A DNA stretch of 64,000 nt, taken from contig NC_068981.1 of assembly GCF_001194135.2 (NCBI RefSeq), positions 79,501,923-79,565,922 of the forward strand, read 5' to 3'. Numbering within the stretch: position 1 is the stretch's first letter; each line of letters begins with the position of its first letter. Source of the DNA: Octopus bimaculoides. Its lineage: Eukaryota. Below the pieces are notes generated by a model that was not told where the DNA came from, ran no database searches, and saw nothing but the letters and a program-made list of their open reading frames with translations. A program made the position numbers and the translations under genes. Of this stretch, positions 38,013-49,795 are shown in pieces.

Positions 38013-40806
38013 CTATAGTGTTCAGTATCTATGCGTTGAATAAAATTTACCTTTCTACTCGTTCTACCATACATTTCAGCGCTTCGAAAAACAAAGTTGT
38101 TTGTTTACATACGGCGTAAAATTAAACTAGTAACAAAGAATACATGTCTTTTGTGTTCTACGGTTTCACACTATTCTGCACTATATTCTTCACATGGGCT
38201 ATGCTAACACTGTCGTACATTACGAAGCGGGTACGCTGGGAAAAATTTTGATAGCTCCTGCTCTAAACGGTTGAACAACCTACTAGAAATAACGACTAAA
38301 TCTTTCTTAAATCACATCATCGTCATCATACAGCCGCAGCTATCGAGAACCATCAATACCTTATACGTGCGAGATTTGGGATACCTAGTCCGCCATTCTA
38401 CAGCAGGCGTAACCCATTTTCAGATGAAGGGAGAAGAATAACATGAAATGAAATGCCTTGCTCAAGGACACAGCGTGCAGTCTGATTTGGGAATCGAACT
38501 CACAGCCTTAAGATGTGTCCACGTAGCCACACACCTTTACAAAACAAATCACACCCTACTATCTTTTAAAAAGAAAGGATCCATTTGGTAATGTCCACTT
38601 ATGTACGTCATAAAATAAGACAGAATGATCAGTGCTGAAACACCTTGGATTATCAATTTACTCAATCATAGTTGACCTTGAGCTAAACAACAATAACAAC
38701 AGCAGCAGCAGTAGCGGCAGCAGTAGCGGCAGCAGTAGCAGTAGCTGCAGAATTTGTTGAAATAAGTTTTTCTGAAAGTGACTGAACTGATACATTTGTA
38801 ATGTATAATACATCACGTATGTATGAAGAAATTGAGTCTTATTTTGAAGATTGTTTTCTGTTAAAGTTCAAGTTAATGTGAGCTCGCGATCGGGAAATGA
38901 ATTACTGTCGTTTCGAATCTCTTCAGATTCTTCCCATGTGGTCCATAGTCTGCATGAAGCAGTCAAGGGAACCACTTCGATGGAAAAGTGTTGTCCTAAA
39001 TTTGAAACTCCTTTAGCATTCAGATTATTCTGTTGACTCTTATGTTTATTTGTTCACATTGTTTTGAATTACTCATTTGTTATCTTTTTGCTTTGAGATT
39101 TTGATGATGTGCTTTTTTTAATTTCGACACAAACGTTGTGCCCTTAACAATACTATTCCAAAAATATGCTGATACAAAAATTGTCTACTATTCTAAAAAA
39201 TTATGCTGACACAAACGTTGCAAAGAATACATTTGAAGAATTTGTTTGTCATAAGGTAACACGATACTGGAATTCATGTATGTCTGCATTATACAGTTTT
39301 TAAAATTTTTATTTTAAATACTTTGAGATTAAATACACTTGTTATCCTGAATATGTTCATGTTCGTATTTCATCAAACTCATTTCGTTCCATAAAATAAA
39401 AATAATTTTTTCAGCAGTCTCATGCCATAAATAAAGCTAACAGATTTAACACTGAAATGGATATTAGTACGAACCTTCTTAAGGGTGTTAAGGATGAAAT
39501 TTTTCTTAAGTTGTTTTATTTTTTTTTATGAATATTAATCAACACTTGTGACTTATTTTCCAATGCAACAAATCTCTAGATTTTAGCTGTCGTAGACTCT
39601 ACTTGGCAAGCATAGAGAATATTTCAAAACGAAAAACTTTCACAATGCTTATATGACTTATTTAGTTTTTATTTGTGAATTGGTTTGAGCAGACGATAAT
39701 TGATTTAAAACATTTATAAAGACAATATAGATATAATATCTAAACCATAGAATGAATAAACGTCAGCTAAAAGTCATAATACCAAAATATTGGGTTCCAT
39801 ATAGATGATTGAAACAAGTCACCAACTCTGCTAAATTTTTTAAGATACCAAAATAAAAAAATATTATAGATGACTTATCTAGTGTTGAGGAAAGAGGGAA
39901 GAAGTTCACTTCTAAATCCACGAATGCTAGGTTTTATGTTATATTTTCAATAAAAACATTGGAATACGATGTCTAGATACTTGCTGAATCAAGAAACAAC
40001 AATATGCTGTAGTATTAAAAGCGGTTTTGCTATTTTCTCTGCAAGTATTAGTGGTAATGATTGTAATGATGATGACATATTCTCGAATTCTCTACTGACG
40101 GCATTCCCACTCTTTTATTTCTTTGTCTCTAATTCCAGTGGTTTCCCTGACAGTGTTTGTATTGGCGAAAACCCTTTATTTAAATATTCCAGTCTCTCTG
40201 TCTTGGTCTTTACTGATAGAAACCCTCTGTTTGATTCCAGTAGTCTTCCTGACTACTTGGGAGCCTCTGCTGAAAACTGTCTAAATATTCCAGTCTCTCT
40301 GCCAAAGACCCCCACCCGCCCCTGTCTAAACCTATTGATCTCTTTGACAATGTTTCTACTTATGAATACACTTGATATCGAAATCTGTCACTGACGATTT
40401 TATAAACCTTGCTGACGATGTATCTTTGCTTGACAGCAGTGTATTTTCTTCTGTAACTCCTGTTCATAATTCGGGTGAGGACAGAGCAGATTCCATTTGT
40501 AAATCTAAACTCTAACAATACTCCAACAGATATACTGGTTCTGTTTTCTTAATTCGCTAAGCTAAAATAAACGTCATCTGTAAAGATAACATAATCTCAC
40601 ATCTACCAAACTCATATTGTCTCCCAAACAGTTCTCTGTTTCCAATGAAAAGAAGTAAACGTAGATATTTCAAGCATGGGAAACTGAGCTCCAGTGGCTA
40701 AGCAGGGTATTATGTATATTGCATTACATTCTGTCATCAATCATTGGTTGCTGTATCTATGGAGTTTGTAAATGTTCCACGCTGTGATTTGAAAAATGCT
40801 TTAGGT

Positions 40807-41521
40807 CAGCGTTTCCTCAACTTATTTTGTCGTGGAACCCTTGTTGTTGTTGGCACTCCGTCGCTTACGACGTCGAGGGTTCCAGTTAATCCGATCAACG
40901 GAACAGCCTGCTCGTGAAATCAACGTGCAAGTTGCTCAGCACTCCACAGACACGTGTACCCTTAACGTAGTTCTCGGGTATATTCAGCGTGACAAGGCTG
41001 GCCCTTTGAATTACAGGTACAACAGAAACAGGAAGAAAGAGTGAAAGAAAGTTGTGGTAAAAGAATACAGCAGGGTTCGCCCCCCCCCCTGCCGGAGCCT
41101 CGTGGAGCTTTAGGTGTTTTCGCTCAATAAACACTCACAACGCCCGGTCTGGGAATCGAAACCGCGATCCTATAACCGCGATCCTATAACCGCGAGTCCG
41201 CTGCCCTAACCACTGGGTCATTGCGCCTCTACTGTGGAACCCTTATACGATTTTCAAAAAACTGTGGAATCCATGTCTACATTTTACGGACGATTTACCT
41301 CTGCTTTAAATTTAATTTGATATTAAACGAAACAAAAATTCTTATAGAGAGAATTTATCCATATAAAATTATATAATAATTTAGTAGTTGGAAAAAAATG
41401 TTGAATATCAATATTTTATAAAATAAATATTTACTACAAGGCACGTCAAGTCACAGAACCCCGGAAAAAATTTTTTTTACGGAACCGTAATGTTCTGTAT
41501 AATCCAATTTGAGAAACTCAG
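40807..41521. mobile_element. Possible hAT-like non-autonomous element interrupted by a SINE
   Basis: Termini CAGCGTTTCCTCAAC and TTTGAGAAACTCAG. The inserted SINE is flanked by the duplication GTGGAACCCTT. Confidence 0.4.
40841..41232 (-). mobile_element. SINE family C, tail type 2
   Basis: Same head; tail ends GACGGAGTGCC(AAC)n; flanked by an 11-bp duplication. Confidence 0.9.
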
Positions 41522-42036
41522 CCGAAGGTGATAAACATGGTTAATGGTCATGAAAAATTCATCAAGCACAAAAATCAACGCAATGCACAGTATGCAAATT
41601 CTTCGTTAAGCTGATTGAAAAACACTGTTTGTTGACGGAAATTGTTTACGTCATACTATCAACTAATAATTCCCTCGATACTTGACGTAATTATTCGGTT
41701 GTTCAAAAAGAAACGAAATCAATATAACCTTAGAGTGAATCATATAATGTAGATTAAGGTAACTTTCTGCATTTCATTTGAGTATAAAGCTATGCTTGGC
41801 ACTATTATTAAAAAAAGCATTTTAAGAAGTCCAAAAACAAAATAAAGCAAAATGCCATATATCTGTCACCACCACAGATGTAAAATAAATTTATCAATCG
41901 TTGTACAGTAGAAACTAAGTCAACAACTCTAGCTGACACGGAGGAAGTCATTTTTTTTTCTTTGTCAGTGATTGCCAATGAAACAGGATGTATCTGTCTA
42001 TTAAATCAAATTACAACTCTCTGGTGGCGTCCATTG

Positions 42037-42310
42037 TGAAGGCGTGTGGTATAGTGGATGGGGTGTTGAGCTCACAATCATTAGATCTGGGTTCGATTCT
42101 CGGATCGGGTTGCACACTGCATCCTTGAGCAAGGCACTTCATTTCACATTGTTTCGGTACCCTCATCTGACAATGAGATCCAGCGACAGCAGACTGGGGA
42201 GGGGTATTAATTGTGCGGGAAATTAGTGTCTCGTTCAGGAGTGACTCTACTATTCTCATTAGTTTAAACTCCTCAGAAACTTGAATAAGTTCAGTCTCAA
42301 TGGGCCTGTA
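42037..42310 (+). mobile_element. SINE family D; related copies at about 60-260(-), 31640-31980(-) and 38400-38530(-)
   Basis: tRNA-like head GGCGTGTGGTATAGTGG...GGGTTCGATTC and core CCTTGAGCAAGGCACTTCATTTCACATTG. Confidence 0.7.
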
Positions 42311-43654
42311 GGCTTGAGAAAACAAATAAAGAATAAAATTTGTGCCCGTTACACATACAATGAAGGGACTTTTTCTCGATTTCTAGCAGCTATTTAAACA
42401 AATGCAGAAGCAATGATAAAATGTAATTACTGTTCGCGGAGAAGCAGAGCCGGATTAAGTTAGAGCGGATTTGTGGCATATGTTATAAAGGGATCATAAA
42501 TTAAAACAAAAATACATATAGATATCGGTTTCAAATTTTGGCATAAGGCCAGTAATTTCGGGGAAAGGTTAAGTCGATTACATTGACACCACTACTCAAA
42601 TGGTACTTAATTTATCGACCCCAAAAGGTTGAAAGACAAAGTAGACCTCGGCGGAATTTGAACATAAGAATTAGCCGTTAAGCATTTTGCCCAGCATTAG
42701 CGATTGTACCAGGTCGCCACCTTAAAATACATACAAATATTAAAGCATAAATTCTTTACTTACGTGGTAATCAACTCAGTAAAAGTTATATTTTTCACAT
42801 TGAACAAAAGAAAATCTTTCGATGATTTACACAGAAGTTTATGTTCAATGCTCATTACAGTAAAATGGTTCAATCTGTGTTAACCTATGGTGTGCTCCTT
42901 TATTCATTTTAAATCATTTACTGTTTTGTAAATTAGCTTTTCCTACTGTAGTTGGTAATCATGAATGACATGGAGATGCCCAAGATATCTCATACATTTG
43001 GAAAACAAAATTCCGTACAATTGTTAGCAAACTGTAAAGTTCTAAAAGATCCCGTTTGGTGCCAAATATAAGGAGCAAAACCTGTTTTAAACAGTTCAGT
43101 AGACTTACACATATTTTTCACCAAGATTCCCATCCATACCGTTTAGATTTGATGTGATAAGATTTGACGGTCTCTTCAGGTGTAAATGCCAGTAACTGAT
43201 GAAGGAATCCAGAAAAACCTCTTGGCAAAAAAAAAAAAAACACGCTATCAATAATGGTAAATGTTCAACTTTCAAACGTTTGAGAAAGCATCGAAAGTCA
43301 ATAAATGAATCAGGAGTGATAAAACGGCTGAAATAATCATACTCTGGATATCACTTGGGTTGTCTTTGAGTTTGTTACTTTGAGCATTGTTTGTAAAACG
43401 TTACCAAACAACATAAAATACACAATAGTAAATTACAGACACATTAGATTTTAAAATCCTTTCAACTGCAAAGGCAAATTTGCAAACTATTAAATACATT
43501 TCTAATGATTAAAGTGGATAATTTACTAATTTACATGTAAATATCTACAAAAAGGAGCAATCGCTATGCATTGTATGAATAATTCAACAATAAACTAGAT
43601 TTCAAATAAGACATTCGTTATATGATATCGCCAAACCAGAAGTTTGGTGAAAGT

Positions 43655-44135
43655 AATATTAATTTCAAATTTTGACACAAGGCCAGCAATTTCAGGAGAG
43701 GAGGTAAGTCAACTCCAGTGACCAACCGGTATTTATTTCATCGACACCGAAAGGATGAAATGCAAAGTCAACATTTTTGAGGCCTGAAAAATGGGGGGAG
43801 GGGGAGATAGTCGATTACATCGGCCTCAATATTCAGTTGGTATTTAATTTATCGACTCCGAAAGGATGAAAGGCAAAGTCGACCTCGGTGGAATTTGAAC
43901 TCGCTGAGCAATTTGCCTGGCGTGCTAACGATTCTGCCAGCACGTCGCCTTAGAGAGGAAAAAAATAATATTCTTTTCTACTCTAGGCACAAGGCCCGCA
44001 ATTTTGGGGGAGGGGGCCCAGTCAATTAGATCGACCCCAATATGCAACTGGCACTTAATTTATCAACCCTGAAAGGATGAAAGGCAAAGTCGACTTCGGC
44101 GGAATTTGAACTCAGAACGTAAAGACAGACGAAAG
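43655..44135 (-). mobile_element. Cluster of three SINE family A copies
   Basis: Reverse-complement head and core motifs repeated three times. Confidence 0.85.
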
Positions 44136-44314
44136 TTTATCATGAGGAAAGTTCACCGTGAGAAAAGTTTACCGAGAAAATATATCCAAATTATCTCACC
44201 ATTAATAGTTAAAAACTATTTTATTGAAAGAAGAAAAACGGTGAATTGATGACGGTGTACTTTCCTTGCGGTGAATTGATGACAGTGAACGCACCGGACA
44301 TGTTACTCAACTAA

Positions 44315-44655
44315 GTGCATAGCTCGGAGATCAGCGAGTCTCTCCAGGTCGAGTCGTTAGTTCTCCACATTGAGAGGTCTCAGTTCCAGTACTACGGACA
44401 TGTGATTAGAATGTTGCAGGAAAGAATCGCAAGACGGATTCTTTAAGCCGAGTCAACTGGTAGGAGACAAAAGAGTTGACCAAGAATGAGAAGGTTGGAT
44501 AATATTCACAGTCTTTGTTGGTCAAGCTTAGGAATCTAGCCCGGAAAGTGTAATGACGGCTGCTTCTGATAGGAGCTTATGGAGCAGGTGCCTGAAACCT
44601 GAAGACTCTACCCCAACAATTCTCTCAGAAATGTTGGGCGAAGAAGAAGAATGGA
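44315..44655 (+). mobile_element. RTE-clade LINE 3' fragment
   Basis: SEISESLQVESLVLHIERSQFQYYGHVIRMLQERIARRIL...GRR...VMTAASDRSLW, typical of the RTE C-terminus (LRWxGHVxRM...GRPR). Confidence 0.75.
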
Positions 44656-44887
44656 TGCATAAAAATATCATTCATACTAAATTACTGGGTTTTTTTTTTC
44701 TTGTTTTTTTTTCATGTGTATTTTTAGATGCATCGTTAGCGTTCTCTACTTTTGATCTACTGGATAAGAACAACAGAAAGAGTTTGCTGTAACATTCTGT
44801 GTTTTTCCAAATTCTCTAAATTTAGTTGGAAAATGTACTGCTAAATATAGTCACAGAGCATTATTATTATTAATAATAATATTATTA

Positions 44888-45480
44888 TTCTCGTCTGTCC
44901 TTACGTTCTGAGTTGAAATTCCGCCGAGGTTGACTTTGCCTTTCATCCATTCGAGGTCGATAAAATAAGTTCCAGTTGAGTACTGCAGTCAATGTAATTG
45001 ACTTACCTCCTTCCCCGAAATTACTGGCCTCGTGCCAAAATTAATATTATTAAGGCGATGAGCTGGCAGAATCGTTTGCACGTTGGACGAATTGTTTTGC
45101 GGTATTTTGCCCGTCTCTACGTTCTGAGTTCAAATTCCGCTGTGGTCGACCTTGCTTTCACCCTTTCAAGGTCGATAAATTAAGTTCCTGTGAAACATTT
45201 GGGTCGATGTAATCGACTAGTCCCGTTCCACCAAATTTCAGGCCTTGTGCCTATAGTAGAAAGGATTATTAAGGCGGTGAGCTGGTAGAATCGTTAGCAC
45301 GCTGGGCTGAATGCTTAGCAGCATTTCGTCCGTCTTTACGTTCTGAGTTGAAATTTCACCGAGGTCGACTTTGCTTTTCATCCTTTCGAGGTCGATAAAA
45401 TAGGTACCAGTTGAGCACTGAGGTCGATGTAATCGACTTATCTCCTCCCACCAAATTGTTGGCCTTGTACCAAAATCTTA
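44888..45480 (+). mobile_element. Cluster of three SINE family A copies
   Basis: Head and core motifs repeated three times, separated by ATT-rich tails. Confidence 0.85.
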
Positions 45481-45980
45481 AATCATTATTATATTATTTT
45501 TTTTAGAAGGTTTGTACACATTTTCCTGTTTATTTTTATGCATTTCCCCATCAGTGTGATCTATTTTCTGTTGCAATATCTGATAGTGATACTTATTTAC
45601 CTATTCTAGAAAGAATGCCAACTCGTAAAGATTCAAACATAAAAATTTCTACATAGATGCTTTTTCTGCAATAAAATAATTCTTGCATAACATTTCAAAT
45701 AATTTTCTGACGAAAATGTGTCGAGGTCAGGTTCAAGTATTACTTTCAACAATGATGAGTTTGGAAATAGTAATGATAATCTATTTACTGGATTATTTGA
45801 AGGTTAAAGACCGAACGGTTCTTGCTGTTGTTGATAGGTTGCTTTCAACCCAGTCAAAATGCCAAATAGTGTATCAAAAAGTGAATAACATATATGAATT
45901 CCTTCACCAGGAATAGTGTTTATACATGGAGCGATTGATTGTAAAGAGGCCATCGAATCTAATCAAATCATATCCCGAAG

Positions 45981-46544
45981 GGATCTTGTTCAAAACGGGG
46001 GCACCGGTTTTCATTAATGTTTTATGTAGTGTTTTTGGTATCGAAAGACTTTCAAACTTCGTATACTTATCTATTTTGTGTTATAGAACAAAAAAAAATT
46101 TTTGTATTCGAATTTATTTCATGTAAAAAATTGTCTTATTTCGATAATTTCAACCAATCACTGACAAGTATTCAGCTGTTTATACTTACTCCTTTAGCAG
46201 TTTAAGCGGTGTAAAGCGTATTTAATCTCCATTTATAATTTCGTTAACATCTGCCTGAACTGTATGTGTANNNNNNNNNNATAATAATTTTATCACCGCC
46301 AGAACCGTTTGAGAATCGTTTGTTTACGTAGTCAGCACTTAATGTATTCGGCTGAATGGACGTCAGTCATTGGTTGAAATTACAGAAATACGACAACTTT
46401 AACATGAAATAACTTGCGATGTACGTTTTTTTTGTTAAGAAGACTAAGAGAAAAAGATGTTTTATATGACACATTCTACCAGTGTCCCAAGTTTCAAAGT
46501 GTTTCGTTGAGAAAATACTGGTGCCCCCGTTTTGAACAAGATCC
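45981..46544. mobile_element. MITE copy 2 (TIR variant, no telomeric core)
   Basis: TIR GGATCTTGTTCAAAACGGGGGCACC on both ends. Exact 8-bp TSD TCCCGAAG (45973-45980 and 46545-46552). The body is homologous to copies 1 and 3. Confidence 0.9.
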
Positions 46545-46807
46545 TCCCGAAGAACTCAGAAAGTCTTAGCGAAAGAATTCGTGTAGTTTCCTGAACAGTT
46601 TAAAACTTAGCTTTTCATATTGGCGCCGAACAAGATATTTTAGAGTTTTACTGTTTTACCGTTTAATAGCTAACAGTAGGCTCAGGCGTGGCTGTGTGGT
46701 AAAGTTTGCTTCCCAGCCAGATGGTTCCAGGTTTAGTCCCACTGCGTTTCACCTTGGGCAAGTGTCTTCCACTACAGCCCTTTAGTGGATTTGGTGTGTG
46801 AAAACTG

Positions 46808-46847
<40 letters not shown>

Positions 46848-47957
46848 CTGTGCGTGTGTGTGTGTAGGAGATCGTTTTCCTCTGTTTAGCTGAAATTCGA
46901 AACCGAATCCATACACTTGTTGCTTGCGAGACGAATGTCTGATCCTTTGTGTCTGAACTCTATGCCAGAGGATTAATGAAAATAATCTGTCCTCAGTAAC
47001 CGTANNNNNNNNNNNNNNNNNNNNNNNNNNNNNNNNNNNNNNNNNNNNNNNNNNNNNNNNNNNNNNNNNNNNNNNNNNNNNNNNTGTGTGTGTGTGTGTG
47101 TGTGTGTGTATCTGTGCGTGTGTGTGTGTAGGAGATCGTTTTCCTCTGTTTAGCTGAAATTCGAAACCGAATCCATACACTTGTTGCTTGCGAGACGAAT
47201 GTCTGATCCTTTGTGTCTGAACTCTATGCCAGAGGATTAATGAAAATAATCTGTCCTCAGTAACCGTAGTCGTAGAAAGGTCAATCCTTTGTTTTAGGTT
47301 TGACCAACTTCCTGGCTAAACCTTGTATAATCGAATGAAAAGTTTGCTTTTCTCTTTTCGGTTTTCAACCTGCTATATGACGCACACACAGACATACATG
47401 TTAACCTATCAATAAAATCTTCTCTTAAACGTTCTACCCCGGTTGTGTCTCTCTTTCCCTTCTGGCACTTATACTCATTTATCCTTTTTCATATTTTATT
47501 TGTATCGACCATGCGCTGTACTAAAGGAGCCATTCTCGTCACCTCTCCTTCGTACGGTCGTTTACACATCTGCTGGCCGAATGGAAAGGGACAATGCGAT
47601 TCTTACTCTTTCTTCCTCTCTGACAGTAGACCGTTAACTTGGTTTTCACACACAGCTTCCAACATACACTTAGAGCTCGCGACCAACTCACATTGTTGCC
47701 ATTGTCACTTACTACGATTACTACTAAGTTTGTGTTACTGACCACTGCCGGCAAATAAAATCTGTAAATATTATTCTTTTCTCTTCGATGTTGCTTTTTC
47801 GCTGTTTTATCCTACTTTGACCATCTACATATAGCGACCCCAACGCGAAACAAGAATCCACATCAAGTAACTTCTCATCTGTACGCTACAATTGGTAACT
47901 CCGACGTAGAACCACATACGATTTCGCTGCACGCGCGCGCGCACACATATGTATGTA

Positions 47958-47994
<37 letters not shown>

Positions 47995-48150
47995 GGATAA
48001 GCAAGTTAGGCAAGTCGATATACAAAAACTATTAAATACATTGCCTAACTTACATTTACTCCTCTACCTGCTCAAGTTTAAATCTCTTGAACACTACGAA
48101 GTGAATTCTTTAAAGAGAATATATGACTCTCATCTATCTATCTATCTATC

Positions 48151-48718
48151 GGATCTATTTTAAAACGAGGGCCACATTTTTCATTAATGTTTTACGTAGT
48201 GTTTTTGGTACCGAAAGACTTTCAAACTTCGTATACTTATCTATTTTGTGTTATAGAACAGAAAAATATTTTTGTATTCGAATTTATTTCATGTAAAAAA
48301 TTGTCTTATTTCGATAATTTCAACCAATCACTGACAAGTATTCAGTTGTTTATATTTACTCCTTTGGCTGATTAAGCGATGTAAAGCGTATTTAATCTCC
48401 ATACCTTCGTTTTATTTGCTTTTTTCATTTTAAATTTGCTTTAACCCTAACCCTAACCCTAGGGTTAGGGTTAGGGTTAATTGTTTCAGAATCGTTTGTT
48501 TATGTAGTCGGCACTTAATGTATATCGGCTGAATGGACGTCAGTGATTGGTTGAAATTACAGAAATACGACAACTTTAGCATGGAATAACTTATGGATTT
48601 CTTTTTTTTTAAAGAAGACTAAGAGAAAAAGATGTTTTATATGACACATTCTACCAGTGTTCCAAGTTTCAAAGTGTTTCGTTAATGAAAAATGTGGCCC
48701 CCGTTTTAAAAAAGATCC
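48151..48718. mobile_element. MITE copy 3 (same family) with perfect 40-bp telomeric palindrome
   Basis: TSD TATCTATC on both sides. TTAACCCTAACCCTAACCCT|AGGGTTAGGGTTAGGGTTAA at 48441-48480. Confidence 0.92.
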
Positions 48719-48782
48719 TATCTATCTATCTACCTACCTACCTACCTATTTATCTATCTGTCTTTCTGTCTGTCTATATACA

Positions 48783-49195
48783 CGAGATCTGATCAATAAG
48801 TATCCGGACTGTTGCCATAGAAACGAAGCTAAAGCACGCACAGTAAAACCACTTGAACTCTGCTGTGCATGCGCACTAAGTTTTAACGTTCTAGTTCACT
48901 TCTGCTTTTTACGGTAGTGCTTGGAAGGAACGTGTGTAGCGTATGATCGTCGCATTGACCATGGCAGAGATAGTTGTCATGGCGATACCTGCTCAAAGGA
49001 CTACTTAAAGTTGCAGAAAGTGTATGAGCCATACGCAAGTGTATGAGTAGGTCAGACGTTTCCAAGATGGCCGAAAAAATGTCGATATTGATGAACGTTC
49101 TGGGAGACCCGCAACCAGCAGAACTGAGAAAAACATTGCAGATGTGCATGCAGCTGTGAGGGGAAATCGTAGTATCACCAAGAGAAGAGAAGAAA
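48783..49195 (+). mobile_element. 5' fragment of a second mariner family
   Basis: TIR-like start CGAGATCTGATCAATAAGTATCCGGACT. HTH-region remnant RRFQDGRKNVDIDERSGRPATSRTEKNIADVHAAVRGNR. Confidence 0.75.
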
Positions 49196-49689
49196 TCAGT
49201 TTTGCAATAAAATTTATATTCAACTAGTTTCGAATAACATCGAAATTGGATAAATTTCTTGTAGATTTTTCTCTTCGATGATAACCTTTTAATGCTCATA
49301 TGATACTTTGGTCACTCGGTTGAATTAACGACTGAGTGTTTTAAGGCAAGAAATTTCCTTTGTCGTTCCATCAAGAAAAATCCTTTCTGTGTACCGTATA
49401 AATTGTCAACTCAGAAAGCAATTTTTCGTTTTTATTCAACAACTAAAAATAACTGTAGCCATCTATGCATTTACATTAGAACAGTATTGTTCAAGTAAGC
49501 TTTTGATACCTTTAAAACACCAAAAAGTTTTTACTTTCTACAATCACGAGAAACTTCTATTTTTGTCCGTTCATGTTTGCTCCGCAAAGAAATGGCACTC
49601 GCTATTTTGAAGATTTCAATCCTTTCGCATTTTCATTTTTAAACAAATAAATATACCAAAACGAGGTTCCTCCGAATTTTCACATGAGT

Positions 49690-49795
49690 AACCTCACTTG
49701 ATATGGTACGCACCTCAGATCAGAGATCAGGTAATCGTTCCAGGTCGAGCTAATACCCCACTTTAAAAGGTCACAGCTCCGGTTCTACGGGCCTG
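49690..49795 (+). mobile_element. Short RTE-like fragment
   Basis: LDMVRTSD...FQVE...FKRSQLRFYG, similar to the 44.3 kb copy. Confidence 0.4.

Noticed and set aside
43196-43230. CTGATGA...GAAA second hammerhead candidate
   Set aside because: Stem II has only 2 bp with A/A closing, and there is no stem III or NUH triplet.
46810-47270. Direct repeat of about 170 bp flanking a gap; likewise 51803-52038 versus 52049 onward
   Set aside because: Identical sequence on both sides of an N run is typical of unmerged contig overlaps.
37722-48480. Chromosome-fusion scar or true telomere; CRISPR-like array
   Set aside because: The telomeric repeats are short, in the opposite orientation to a fusion and inside TIR/TSD-bounded MITEs. 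No regularly spaced repeat-spacer array exists in the window.
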